60,976 bases of DNA from UHGV virus genome UHGV-1377268, one strand, 5' to 3'. Origin of the DNA: a virus. Positions 47,805 to 55,918 of this stretch are shown in pieces; position 1 is the first letter of the stretch, and every line of letters starts with the position of its first letter. The notes under the pieces are model-generated. The model made no database searches, had not been told where the DNA came from, and saw only the letters and a program-made list of their open reading frames with translations. The translations under genes were made by a program, and so were the position numbers.

Positions 47805-48298
47805 TACTTCAACTCCTCCTGCGGTGCGGCTGCGAGCATGGCGGCGCGTAGGGCGCGAACTACGGCTGAATCTCTATTTATCGGAACCAACTGTTCCTGG
47901 TACTCGTCAAGAATTGTGAGAAAGTCAGCCGCAGCCTCTTTAAGCTCGCCAGGCACTACCGTCGCTGGCTGTGTGACGATTATCCCATCAGGTTGCGCAT
48001 TTTCATATTTTATCCGCTCTTGTATCTCATCCAGTTCGTCTTCAGTGAGACCAGCAATGACCACCGCCGGTTTGCTGTCCATTGCAATACGGTTTTCCAG
48101 ATGTTCAATATATTCTTTCAGAACATCCGCCCGGTGTTTACCCCACGGCGTCAGGACATCAAAACGCTTATCAGTTTGCACCCACGCTGTTTTATCATGC
48201 CACTCATAAAATGCCAGCGCCATGCGGGCCAGTGCAGCAGCCTCGCCACACTGAACGTGATCGGTTTCAATGATGTTCAGCAGTTCTTCTCTGGTCAT
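47804..48298 (-). CDS. hypothetical protein
   Basis: 164 aa acidic ORF in the early-gene block upstream of the ParB-like gene. Confidence 0.45.
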   Translation of the reverse strand: MTREELLNIIETDHVQCGEAAALARMALAFYEWHDKTAWVQTDKRFDVLTPWGKHRADVLKEYIEHLENRIAMDSKPAVVIAGLTEDELDEIQERIKYENAQPDGIIVTQPATVVPGELKEAAADFLTILDEYQEQLVPINRDSAVVRALRAAMLAAAPQEELK

Positions 48299-48420
48299 AA
48301 CACCGCCCTCAACAGAAGTATCAGCCCGCCAAATAAAAACGCGCCGATAATTGTTTTAAAAAATGAACGGCGTTCTTCCGCCGTTCTGAACCGTGACGCT
48401 TCTATTAATAGTTTATTCAT
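48295..48420 (-). CDS. small membrane protein
   Basis: 41 aa ORF with overlapping starts and stops. Confidence 0.2.
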   Translation of the reverse strand: MNKLLIEASRFRTAEERRSFFKTIIGAFLFGGLILLLRAVL

Positions 48421-49171
48421 GATCTTTCAGCGCCTTCAGTGCTTCATACTGTTCAGCGGTCAGTTCAACCAGGACTTTACCGCCTTCCTGCCGCGTGACC
48501 GACCATTCACCACGGATGGCTTCAACAACTGAACGAATCAGTTTTGCCGGAGGGCGTTTAACGGTAGCAACGTCCGGGTTTTTAAACAGGTTAATCGCGG
48601 CTGATGCACTGATCGACCCTTCCTGAATCCGGCGTTTGAGTTCCAGCGGCATTTCAAGGATAGTCAGCAACTGGTAAACGTGCTGTACGGTTTTACCGAC
48701 CTCGTGGGCGATTTCTTCAACGGTCATACCGTAGGATTTAAAGCGACCGTAATGAACCGCACGTTCGACGGCTGACCACTGGCGACCATTGTTAGCGTTA
48801 AAGTTGGTTTTAGCCTGCGCCAGTTCGTCACCAGACGCTTCAACGACTTCAACACGCTGGAATGGTACACCCTCAGCGATCAGTTTACGCAGCGCCCGTA
48901 AGCGGTGCTCACCATCGCGCACATACGGCACACCGTCGATAACTTTAACGGCGATTGGCGGGACGAAATCACCGTTGCGATACGCTTTAACGAACTGTTC
49001 GATATGCGCCAGAGTATCCGGCTGTTCCCAGTAGTTTTCTGTGAACATACCACGCGGGTTAAAGCCCGGCTCGATCTGGATAATGCGCGGGTCGATCATG
49101 AAGGAGTTAGCGCGTTTTACGTTTTCTTTGTCTGCTTCTGACAGCTTGCGCAGTGAATGGATGTTGGACAT
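48413..49171 (-). CDS. ParB-like nuclease domain protein
   Basis: ParB/Srx-fold N-terminal domain pattern (..IAVKVIDGVPYVRDGEHRLRAL..). Confidence 0.55.
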   Translation of the reverse strand: MSNIHSLRKLSEADKENVKRANSFMIDPRIIQIEPGFNPRGMFTENYWEQPDTLAHIEQFVKAYRNGDFVPPIAVKVIDGVPYVRDGEHRLRALRKLIAEGVPFQRVEVVEASGDELAQAKTNFNANNGRQWSAVERAVHYGRFKSYGMTVEEIAHEVGKTVQHVYQLLTILEMPLELKRRIQEGSISASAAINLFKNPDVATVKRPPAKLIRSVVEAIRGEWSVTRQEGGKVLVELTAEQYEALKALKDHE

Positions 49172-49174
49172 TGG

Positions 49175-49201
49175 TTTTCAGCCTCATGTGTAGTAACTGA
49201 G
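49175..49201 (-). promoter_or_regulatory. 5'-UTR hairpin between promoter and ParB-like gene
   Basis: cagcctca-N11-tgaggctg, an 8-bp stem. Confidence 0.3.
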
Positions 49202-49247
49202 GCTGATTATGGTGGAGGGTTTGCAATGTGTCAAGAATTATTTTGAA
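49202..49247 (-). promoter_or_regulatory. sigma70 promoter, family copy (minus strand)
   Basis: Minus strand aaaataattcTTGACAcattgcaaaccctccacCATAAT; -35 at 49229-34, -10 at 49206-11. Confidence 0.55.
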
Positions 49248-49674
49248 CTATGAGAGGGTAGATCTCGAACCAGAATACCACGGGGCGTTCAACTACCTGA
49301 ACCAGTCCGAAGCGTTCAGCAGTGCGGAAATTGACACTGTATGACCTGGCGCGGCTAACTTGCTCACCGATCTGTTTACGGAATTGTTCAAGGGTGAACG
49401 TCGTTTTGAACAGGTTACAAGGTGCACAAGCTGGGAATAAGTTTTCAAGCGTATCGTTTTGTTCCCGGTAGTGTTTTCCGGTTGTTTTAAGTTTCCATAA
49501 ACCTTTTTTAGCGGCTTTCATATCCTGTTTAAGAACACGGTAAACAGCCTCAACATGATCAGCGTGCCAGCCTTTTTCTGGCAACAACTGACCACAGTAA
49601 GCACAATACCCGCCAAACTTCATGCGCAGTTCCTGACGCTGTTTTTTAGACAGTTTCACGAGTAAGGCACCCAC
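49231..49674 (-). CDS. HNH endonuclease
   Basis: CAYCGQ..H.DH....N....CAPCN HNH motif. Confidence 0.65.
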   Translation of the reverse strand: MGALLVKLSKKQRQELRMKFGGYCAYCGQLLPEKGWHADHVEAVYRVLKQDMKAAKKGLWKLKTTGKHYREQNDTLENLFPACAPCNLFKTTFTLEQFRKQIGEQVSRARSYSVNFRTAERFGLVQVVERPVVFWFEIYPLIVQNNS

Positions 49675-50051
49675 ACAGTTAAACCAGCTTTCAACATGCG
49701 ACGATGCATATCAGCCGTTCCGCGCCCACCAGGAAACACAACACCGTATGTCGGACGTGGTTCATTATCCAGCATAGACTGATTGCGCTGATGACCAGCT
49801 ACGGCATTATAAGGCCCGTGTTTACCCTGCTTAATAACCGCGCCCGGCACGTCAAGGTTACCCCAGTCAGCCGGACAACGGCGCACAGGGATTGCATGCA
49901 GTTGCGCCCACTCACGGCAAATGGTATCAACACCAGACGCTTCACCTTCGATAAGTTCAGTAATCGGGTGTTGTGCGTGCAATGCTGATAACGCACCAAA
50001 GATAGCGGCCTGATCATGATAATCACGACCACCAGTGACCACGACTATCAT
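49656..50051 (-). CDS. DUF2493 / SLOG (DprA-LOG-like Rossmann) family protein
   Basis: VVVTGGRDY...I.GEASGVDTICREWA....VVFPGGRGT pattern. Confidence 0.45.
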   Translation of the reverse strand: MIVVVTGGRDYHDQAAIFGALSALHAQHPITELIEGEASGVDTICREWAQLHAIPVRRCPADWGNLDVPGAVIKQGKHGPYNAVAGHQRNQSMLDNEPRPTYGVVFPGGRGTADMHRRMLKAGLTVWVPYS

Positions 50052-50060
50052 AGTTTTTCC

Positions 50061-50294
50061 TCACTCATAAGAAGGCACCCCATGTTTTTCGTAAGCAGTA
50101 TCAATCGCGGCTTCCAGTGTTGTCCCGCATTCATACCATGCACGTTTACAACTGACCCAGTAAAGCCCCGTGTGGGGATCCTGGGCAAGACTGATTATCT
50201 GATCGCTACCAGACTGGTAATACCCCATCAGCGACCGTAGTTTTTCAAGATGGCTCATGATGGTTAGCCTTGAATACCGCACGAGCAAAACCAC
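50061..50294 (-). CDS. hypothetical protein
   Basis: 77 aa ORF between the DUF2493 and C5-methyltransferase-like genes. Confidence 0.35.
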   Translation of the reverse strand: MVLLVRYSRLTIMSHLEKLRSLMGYYQSGSDQIISLAQDPHTGLYWVSCKRAWYECGTTLEAAIDTAYEKHGVPSYE

Positions 50295-50934
50295 GCGGAG
50301 TTAATGACCGTAATTGTTTAGTCGTTTCAGACTTACCACCGAGATACTTCCAGCCCCAGAAGAAACCAATATTGATTGGTCCCGGACATTTTTCAGGCAT
50401 TTTAAAACCATTGCCGAACCACAAACATGTTTTCTTCGTATACCCATCAAACATCGGCATTTTTGGGTGGTATGGCCGGTCGTCAATATTCATATGACCG
50501 CCATATTCCCACGGATGAAAATAAGCATTGGGTTTACCCATCATATCAGGACAGGATAACGCACCAACCGGGTTTTCAATCATCCACGGTACGTTATAAC
50601 GTTCACCCAGTTCACGGATCAGTTTTGCCAGCGTCAACGCGTATTGTAGCGACCCCTGCGATCGTTCATGTTGCGACCCACTTTGTGCAAACAGCGTGCA
50701 ATCAGGAAAACCAAAAATAATAGAGGGTAAAGGAGTTCCCAATATTTCACGTTTAATTGCAAAATCTGGGTCAATCCACTGATCAACATAATGCAGATTA
50801 GGGTGAGACATTTTAATTTTATATTCACCGTGATTACCCTTATCCGCATTAAAGCAGTAAACCAGATAACCAGCCTCAGCCCACGGTAAACCCATAATCC
50901 CGGAACCATCAAAGAGCGACCAGACGACTTTCAT
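50245..50934 (-). CDS. DNA (cytosine-5)-methyltransferase-like protein, compact, with divergent motif IV (FPDC instead of PPCQ)
   Basis: Motif I LFDGSGIMGLPWAEAG, motif IV IIFGFPDCTLFAQSG, motifs V-VI RSQGSLQYALTLAKLIRELG..PWMIENPVG, motif IX-like RSLTPRGFARAV; only 229 aa. Confidence 0.5.
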   Translation of the reverse strand: MKVVWSLFDGSGIMGLPWAEAGYLVYCFNADKGNHGEYKIKMSHPNLHYVDQWIDPDFAIKREILGTPLPSIIFGFPDCTLFAQSGSQHERSQGSLQYALTLAKLIRELGERYNVPWMIENPVGALSCPDMMGKPNAYFHPWEYGGHMNIDDRPYHPKMPMFDGYTKKTCLWFGNGFKMPEKCPGPINIGFFWGWKYLGGKSETTKQLRSLTPRGFARAVFKANHHEPS

Positions 50935-51173
50935 ACACCAGTCTCCATTACACTAGTTATCACCTTAACCTGTGCGATACACATTTTACGCACATCAAAC
51001 CCCTGTTCGCGAAGTGCCTGCAGTGCGATACCTGCTTTATATGTCGAACTGAAAACAGTCGCATAGTTGATATTAACCCATTCCAGACGATCATTAATTT
51101 GTGCATAATGTTCACCTTTACGGATCACCGCTCCTAATTCAGTCATTTTGAGCACCCCACATGCACGCGGCAA
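50931..51173 (-). CDS. hypothetical protein
   Basis: 80 aa ORF in the early-gene block downstream of the Zn-ribbon-like genes. Confidence 0.35.
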   Translation of the reverse strand: MPRACGVLKMTELGAVIRKGEHYAQINDRLEWVNINYATVFSSTYKAGIALQALREQGFDVRKMCIAQVKVITSVMETGV

Positions 51174-51396
51174 TACTGGCTAACGCTGCAACAACACCTG
51201 TTAACGCCAGTACCCACTGTTCACTGATAAACGCCAGATTTGAAGAAACCAGTGCCACGGAAATCAGGAAAATAATTGTAATAACGATACGTTCAAGCAT
51301 GGCTTTTCTTCCAGTTCCAGGCGCGGCGTGCAGCCGCTGATGTTGTTTGATAAGTATAACCACAGGTTTCACAGCGGCAGGTAAAAGCGTTTCCAT
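51139..51396 (-). CDS. small membrane protein (start uncertain)
   Basis: Two TMDs; overlaps the neighbouring ORF. Confidence 0.25.
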   Translation of the reverse strand: METLLPAAVKPVVILIKQHQRLHAAPGTGRKAMLERIVITIIFLISVALVSSNLAFISEQWVLALTGVVAALASIAACMWGAQND

Positions 51397-51487
51397 TCTT
51401 ACCTGTTACTTTGACAAGACCGTTATAACCGTATTGTTCATAACACTTGCTGCAGTGTAACGAACGAGTTCGACGATGACCGCCCAT
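51293..51487 (-). CDS. Zn-ribbon protein
   Basis: CSKC...C.C.TC Cys motifs. Confidence 0.3.
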   Translation of the reverse strand: MGGHRRTRSLHCSKCYEQYGYNGLVKVTGKNGNAFTCRCETCGYTYQTTSAAARRAWNWKKSHA

Positions 51488-51700
51488 TTAATTCACCTTA
51501 GCCCAAACTAATTTATTTAACGATGTTCTAAACATCCGAACGTTAATATTGAAATCATGACCTATGTGATAAACACCTTCGTATTTCCTACGATTGATAG
51601 CAATTAGCGTATATGGCCACAGGAATTTAGAACGATAGAAATAAAATCGCGTACCATTTGCACAATCTGATAATTTCATTAACCGATAACGCGGTTTCAT
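51488..51700 (-). CDS. hypothetical protein
   Basis: 70 aa ORF between the two Cys-rich small genes. Confidence 0.3.
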   Translation of the reverse strand: MKPRYRLMKLSDCANGTRFYFYRSKFLWPYTLIAINRRKYEGVYHIGHDFNINVRMFRTSLNKLVWAKVN

Positions 51701-51924
51701 AATTTAACCTCGTGGTGATTGCAAAAGTCCTGAACTAATGGGCATTCGCGCGGATGTTCAATACCCTTTATAACCTGACAACCAGAATCCGTAAGCAGAT
51801 TACACGCCGGGCAATAACGGTTAGGTTCGACTAACCATAACCCCTGACAACGCCCACCGCTAAAACGGTGTGGAAAGTCATAAGCGCTACAACGGCATGT
51901 ATATTGTTTACGGCGACGTTTCAT
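51697..51924 (-). CDS. Cys-rich small protein
   Basis: 75 aa with multiple CxxC motifs; ATG lies at about the predicted TSS of the upstream promoter copy. Confidence 0.4.
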   Translation of the reverse strand: MKRRRKQYTCRCSAYDFPHRFSGGRCQGLWLVEPNRYCPACNLLTDSGCQVIKGIEHPRECPLVQDFCNHHEVKL

Positions 51925-52867
51925 GATTCAAGTTTAAACCTATGTTGTGCAATCCGTCAAGAATTATTTTAATGTAATCTAAAATTTCTGGTGAGTAGTG
52001 AAACCATTCTGTTGCACCATCAAAACCTGTTAAACCAGCGTTTAAGTGTTTGAATTTCTTATGAATATTTTGCTCTAAATCATAAGACTGCTGACCAGTA
52101 CCCACATTGATTTGAAAAATTTTATGTAGCTTGAAAGGCGTGTTGCGTTTAAGCTGTTGTATTCTTCGGTGAGTGTTATTTGTAACGCCTATTTTAATCA
52201 ATTGAGGATGGTTTTTATCATCTGCTACGATGTATACGAAACCTGGCAAAGAACGATCCAAACCAGCAACAGCGCATGATGAACATCCATAACCGTTCAA
52301 ATGTCCATTTGGTCTTTGCCAAAACTCACCGTGTTCAGGGCAGATAATGCAAACCTTCTTATGTGCATTCGTATAAATAACTTTATGATAATCATACTTA
52401 CAACCATGTACTAATACTGCATTTTTAACAAATTGTTCTTTATCACCAGATTGTGCAATTGATATACGCTGTTTTTTACATTCCGGGCATCCATGACCAT
52501 TGAAATGATGATGTGGTTTTTGTTTAAAAAAACCATGTTTTGTGCATTTTATATCGACGGGAACTGTAGCGCCGTTGTAAACAACAAAGGAATAATCATA
52601 CTTAGACCCGTGTACAGCATAAGACCTTTTTATAAAATCTGAAATTGTAAACTTACCTTTTTCAGAAATGATGATTTTACCACATTCCGGACAACCCCTT
52701 TTATTGTACAAATGGTTATTGGGAGTTTGCCAAAAATCACCATGTATAGGACACGTTATACAAACTTTTGTATTTGTGTTTACATAAACGACAGAATCAT
52801 AACTATATTTTCCGTCATGTATAGTTAATGCTCGTTTTACAAATTGGTCAGTTGTTAATCTACACAT
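51908..52867 (-). CDS. homing endonuclease-like protein, T5orf172 domain with three Zn-finger-like modules (HEG3)
   Basis: Three Y.Y..V.Y......C..HG.F........GC.EC modules, then GFVYIVADDKNHPQLIKIGVTNNTHRRIQQLKR..; AAGGAA RBS. Confidence 0.6.
   Translation of the reverse strand: MCRLTTDQFVKRALTIHDGKYSYDSVVYVNTNTKVCITCPIHGDFWQTPNNHLYNKRGCPECGKIIISEKGKFTISDFIKRSYAVHGSKYDYSFVVYNGATVPVDIKCTKHGFFKQKPHHHFNGHGCPECKKQRISIAQSGDKEQFVKNAVLVHGCKYDYHKVIYTNAHKKVCIICPEHGEFWQRPNGHLNGYGCSSCAVAGLDRSLPGFVYIVADDKNHPQLIKIGVTNNTHRRIQQLKRNTPFKLHKIFQINVGTGQQSYDLEQNIHKKFKHLNAGLTGFDGATEWFHYSPEILDYIKIILDGLHNIGLNLNHETSP
51925..51975 (-). promoter_or_regulatory. sigma70 promoter, family copy (minus strand), embedded in the HEG3 3' coding region
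   Basis: Minus strand aaaataattcTTGACGgattgcacaac..; -35 at 51955-60; the sequence encodes KIILDGLHN of HEG3. Confidence 0.5.
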
Positions 52868-52898
52868 TTCGTTCCTTATCACTTCCTTGTGAGTTAAA

Positions 52899-55253
52899 TT
52901 AATTATTACTAGCCGGTTGGAAAGGTAAAACATTATTTGGCTGATGTAATTCTTTTAACTTTACTCCTCTAAACCCGTTAGCTCTTTCACCGTTAACTGA
53001 CACCACATCTTTAACCACTCGCCCACGAAGCATTGATTTAAACGCACGACTGAATGCGGTTTTAGTCATTGTAACACCACCTTCTGACATTTTCCACATT
53101 TTATAGTATTGATATAGTTGCTCCGTGTGGGTTACGCTATCAGGTAACAGCTCGCAGCAGTCGCGAACGAAAGCCATCAACGGTGCCTGCTGATCCATAA
53201 TTTCCTGACGCTCAATAATACTTGCTGTTGGTTCAGTGAAGCGGTTATTTTTACGCAACCGTTCAAGACCTTCGATAGCCCAGTTGCAGATCCCCGGTAA
53301 TTCTTTCATTAACCGTGATTTCAGCGTGATATCTTCTCGACCCAGAAACGAGATATTAAAGGGCAGGATCAGCAAGCGGTTTGCCATTGCGCCGGAATCA
53401 TCAGCAAAGGCCGGGATATTATTCGCGGCAAGTGTCATACGACCCGGTAAACGACCATTCCACGCACCTTTATATTTACGGTTAACAGGTATCGCATCAG
53501 CCCCGGTTATCGATTTAAAACGGTCGAGAATCCTGTTACGGTCAGGCCCGGAAACACTGTGAGCATCACCAATAAATAACACAGATTTATCAAGCACGGT
53601 TTCCAGAACAGCATCACTTGCCAGCCCTTCAAGCGTAATCCCGGCATAGGCTTCATCACCTACCAGCGCCTGAATAATCTGGCCGATAGTACCCTTCCCA
53701 GAACGAGGCGCACCGATTAGTAACATCGCTTTCTGATAGTCATAGGAGTTAACCAGCATATACCCCAGCCATTCCTGCAGCAGTGCAATACGTTCCTGAT
53801 CGCCTTCCAGCGTCGTATTCAGAAAATCCTGAAAAACGGGTGCCTGTGCGAAAGGGTCATAACTGTATGGTAAAATACTGGTGGTGAAGAAATCAGGGTT
53901 ATGCGGTTCACATTTTCTGGTGTGAACGTCAAGTATCCCGTTTTGACACACAATATAGTGTGAAACATCAACGCCCGGCCAGGTGCCTAACTCACGATCT
54001 GCACGGGTGAATAAATAGCTTAAAACCTTATAGGTGCCATTAATAACGTCAGCTTTTGGTTCGCTTGCCAGCATTGCCATAGATAACTGATGTTTTAATT
54101 CATCTTCTGTCACACGTTCCCAGACGCGACCGTTAAAGCGGTACGGTTGCTGCTGTACAAAAACCAGCGTGTTATTTGGATAATAGTTATTAACGAAAGT
54201 GGATGCGTTAACCGTATGGTTAGCCCCATAAGCACCTTCACCGGGTCTGATCGACATATACGCCGGAACACTACCCGTTACCGCAACTGTAGGCGCTGGC
54301 GTAACAGCGTTAATCAGTTCTGGGGTCAGCGCAGGTTGCGCACGATAAACAGTATCGCAACGTTCAACCGCTCCTAATATGGTGGTTTCGCGGTAATCCT
54401 GGCGATCAGTCCACTTACCACGAACAAGCGCTGATTTATTAAATAACCGCTCCATGCGTTCACAGTTTTTACCTGTCCAGAAAGCAAGGTGTGAACACAG
54501 GGCAGCATCTGCGGCTGACGCGTTGTAGTCTTTCCCTTGATCGCTTGCATAGCTGACAGACAGTTTTTCGACATTTGCCGTCCACAGATCCGCAAACGAT
54601 GCCTTATTGCCAAAAACTGAAGCCGCACTGGATGACTTCAACGCCATTGCGATCAGTTCTTCGTCATCGTCAGGCCCGGACCATTCATCACAGGGTGCGC
54701 TGGTCCAGTGTGCGGAACGATCAGAACGAATTCGACCATACCGGGCGATCGAGTCGTGAACACCCTGTGTATAGTCAACGTCAACTTCACCATTCCCGGT
54801 TAATGTCATGGCAACAAAGCGATCGCGCCAGTACATTTCAAGCCCGGTTTTCTGATCGTTAAGGCTGTTGAACCCTTCCGGTAAACTGCTATACGCACAG
54901 ATGATATGTAAACCTGTTCCTGACTGGCTTACTTCCGTATAAGCGCCGGGGAAACGGTTTACAAATTCGTGCGCCAGTGGTGACCACGTAGCAGTAGCCT
55001 GATCTACCAGACAGTTATCGACGTCAATGAAAAAATAGGGATCGTTTTCAGTGAACACGAAACCGACACCCGACATACCATACATTTGCGCCATACCCAG
55101 CGCAGTATGATAGTCAGACCAGTCAGCAGGGTTTGTTGTACTGGCCTTATACCCGTGGATTGGGCTGTAAGGTACTTTGGTAGGTTTTGGGCGACCTTCA
55201 ACGTGTTCCAGCCTCCAGCAGACCCATTGTTTACGGTTCAGCAATCCTTTCAT
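52899..55253 (-). CDS. bifunctional primase-polymerase (PrimPol) / D5-like SF3 helicase
   Basis: N-terminal PrimPol-like region, C-terminal Walker A GAPRSGKGT and D5_N-like region; 784 aa. Confidence 0.7.
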   Translation of the reverse strand: MKGLLNRKQWVCWRLEHVEGRPKPTKVPYSPIHGYKASTTNPADWSDYHTALGMAQMYGMSGVGFVFTENDPYFFIDVDNCLVDQATATWSPLAHEFVNRFPGAYTEVSQSGTGLHIICAYSSLPEGFNSLNDQKTGLEMYWRDRFVAMTLTGNGEVDVDYTQGVHDSIARYGRIRSDRSAHWTSAPCDEWSGPDDDEELIAMALKSSSAASVFGNKASFADLWTANVEKLSVSYASDQGKDYNASAADAALCSHLAFWTGKNCERMERLFNKSALVRGKWTDRQDYRETTILGAVERCDTVYRAQPALTPELINAVTPAPTVAVTGSVPAYMSIRPGEGAYGANHTVNASTFVNNYYPNNTLVFVQQQPYRFNGRVWERVTEDELKHQLSMAMLASEPKADVINGTYKVLSYLFTRADRELGTWPGVDVSHYIVCQNGILDVHTRKCEPHNPDFFTTSILPYSYDPFAQAPVFQDFLNTTLEGDQERIALLQEWLGYMLVNSYDYQKAMLLIGAPRSGKGTIGQIIQALVGDEAYAGITLEGLASDAVLETVLDKSVLFIGDAHSVSGPDRNRILDRFKSITGADAIPVNRKYKGAWNGRLPGRMTLAANNIPAFADDSGAMANRLLILPFNISFLGREDITLKSRLMKELPGICNWAIEGLERLRKNNRFTEPTASIIERQEIMDQQAPLMAFVRDCCELLPDSVTHTEQLYQYYKMWKMSEGGVTMTKTAFSRAFKSMLRGRVVKDVVSVNGERANGFRGVKLKELHQPNNVLPFQPASNN

Positions 55254-55256
55254 GAT

Positions 55257-55442
55257 CTACGCTCCGAACTGACGTTCAGCAGCCATGAGTTTTACCAGGT
55301 TGATCGCTGAATGACCTGTGAGAAGATTACGTTTAATGTGGATCTCACTTACGTTCATACGTTTAGCAACGTTTTCAATCCCGTGAGTATCGATCAGTTT
55401 TTGCAGACGGTTTACGCGTTCGTTATTCATTCTTTCATCCAT
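55257..55442 (-). CDS. small HTH DNA-binding protein
   Basis: Helix-turn-helix-like NVAKRMNVSEIHIKRNL. Confidence 0.4.
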   Translation of the reverse strand: MDERMNNERVNRLQKLIDTHGIENVAKRMNVSEIHIKRNLLTGHSAINLVKLMAAERQFGA

Positions 55443-55918
55443 TGTTCAAACTGTGAGGGATGGGTGATGAAACGAAATTCACCACCTGCGTTAACTACAA
55501 CTGTACCAAAAGTGGCCTGCGCCTGGGCGCGTTTATCACCGGGGGTCATGTGCCAGTTCGGCTCTTTCATTTCAGCCGCGATAAACATACCAATTTTACG
55601 ACCAACATCAGCAGGGGTGATAATCAACGTTTTGATCCCGATATAATCACTGGATTTCATAACATCGTTGATTTTTTTGCTGGTATTACCCAGACCGTAA
55701 CGCACCCACTGGCCTTTTTCGTTTTGTAAAGCGCCGTTATTGTTTCGCCAGAGGCGTTGACCAGCACGGGCCGCGATCAGTTCGCATTCTTTAGACGTTG
55801 CTGATTCACTTTTACCATCTTCATGCGGTTTTCCGTCCGGCTGAAAAAGGCCGTATAACTCATACAGCGCCATCTGGCTGATACCGTGACGTTTCGCCCA
55901 CTCTTCAAGAGGTGTCAT
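55427..55918 (-). CDS. VRR-NUC domain nuclease
   Basis: ..DYIGIKTLIITPADVGRKIGMFIAAEMKE.. carries the PD-(D/E)XK VRR-NUC signature. Confidence 0.6.
   Translation of the reverse strand: MTPLEEWAKRHGISQMALYELYGLFQPDGKPHEDGKSESATSKECELIAARAGQRLWRNNNGALQNEKGQWVRYGLGNTSKKINDVMKSSDYIGIKTLIITPADVGRKIGMFIAAEMKEPNWHMTPGDKRAQAQATFGTVVVNAGGEFRFITHPSQFEQWMKE

Noticed and set aside
47757-48532. Plus-strand ORFs 47757..48209, 47993..48532 and 48082..48273
   Set aside because: They overlap the well-packed minus-strand early gene chain (47804..48298, ParB-like); no RBS; low-complexity products.
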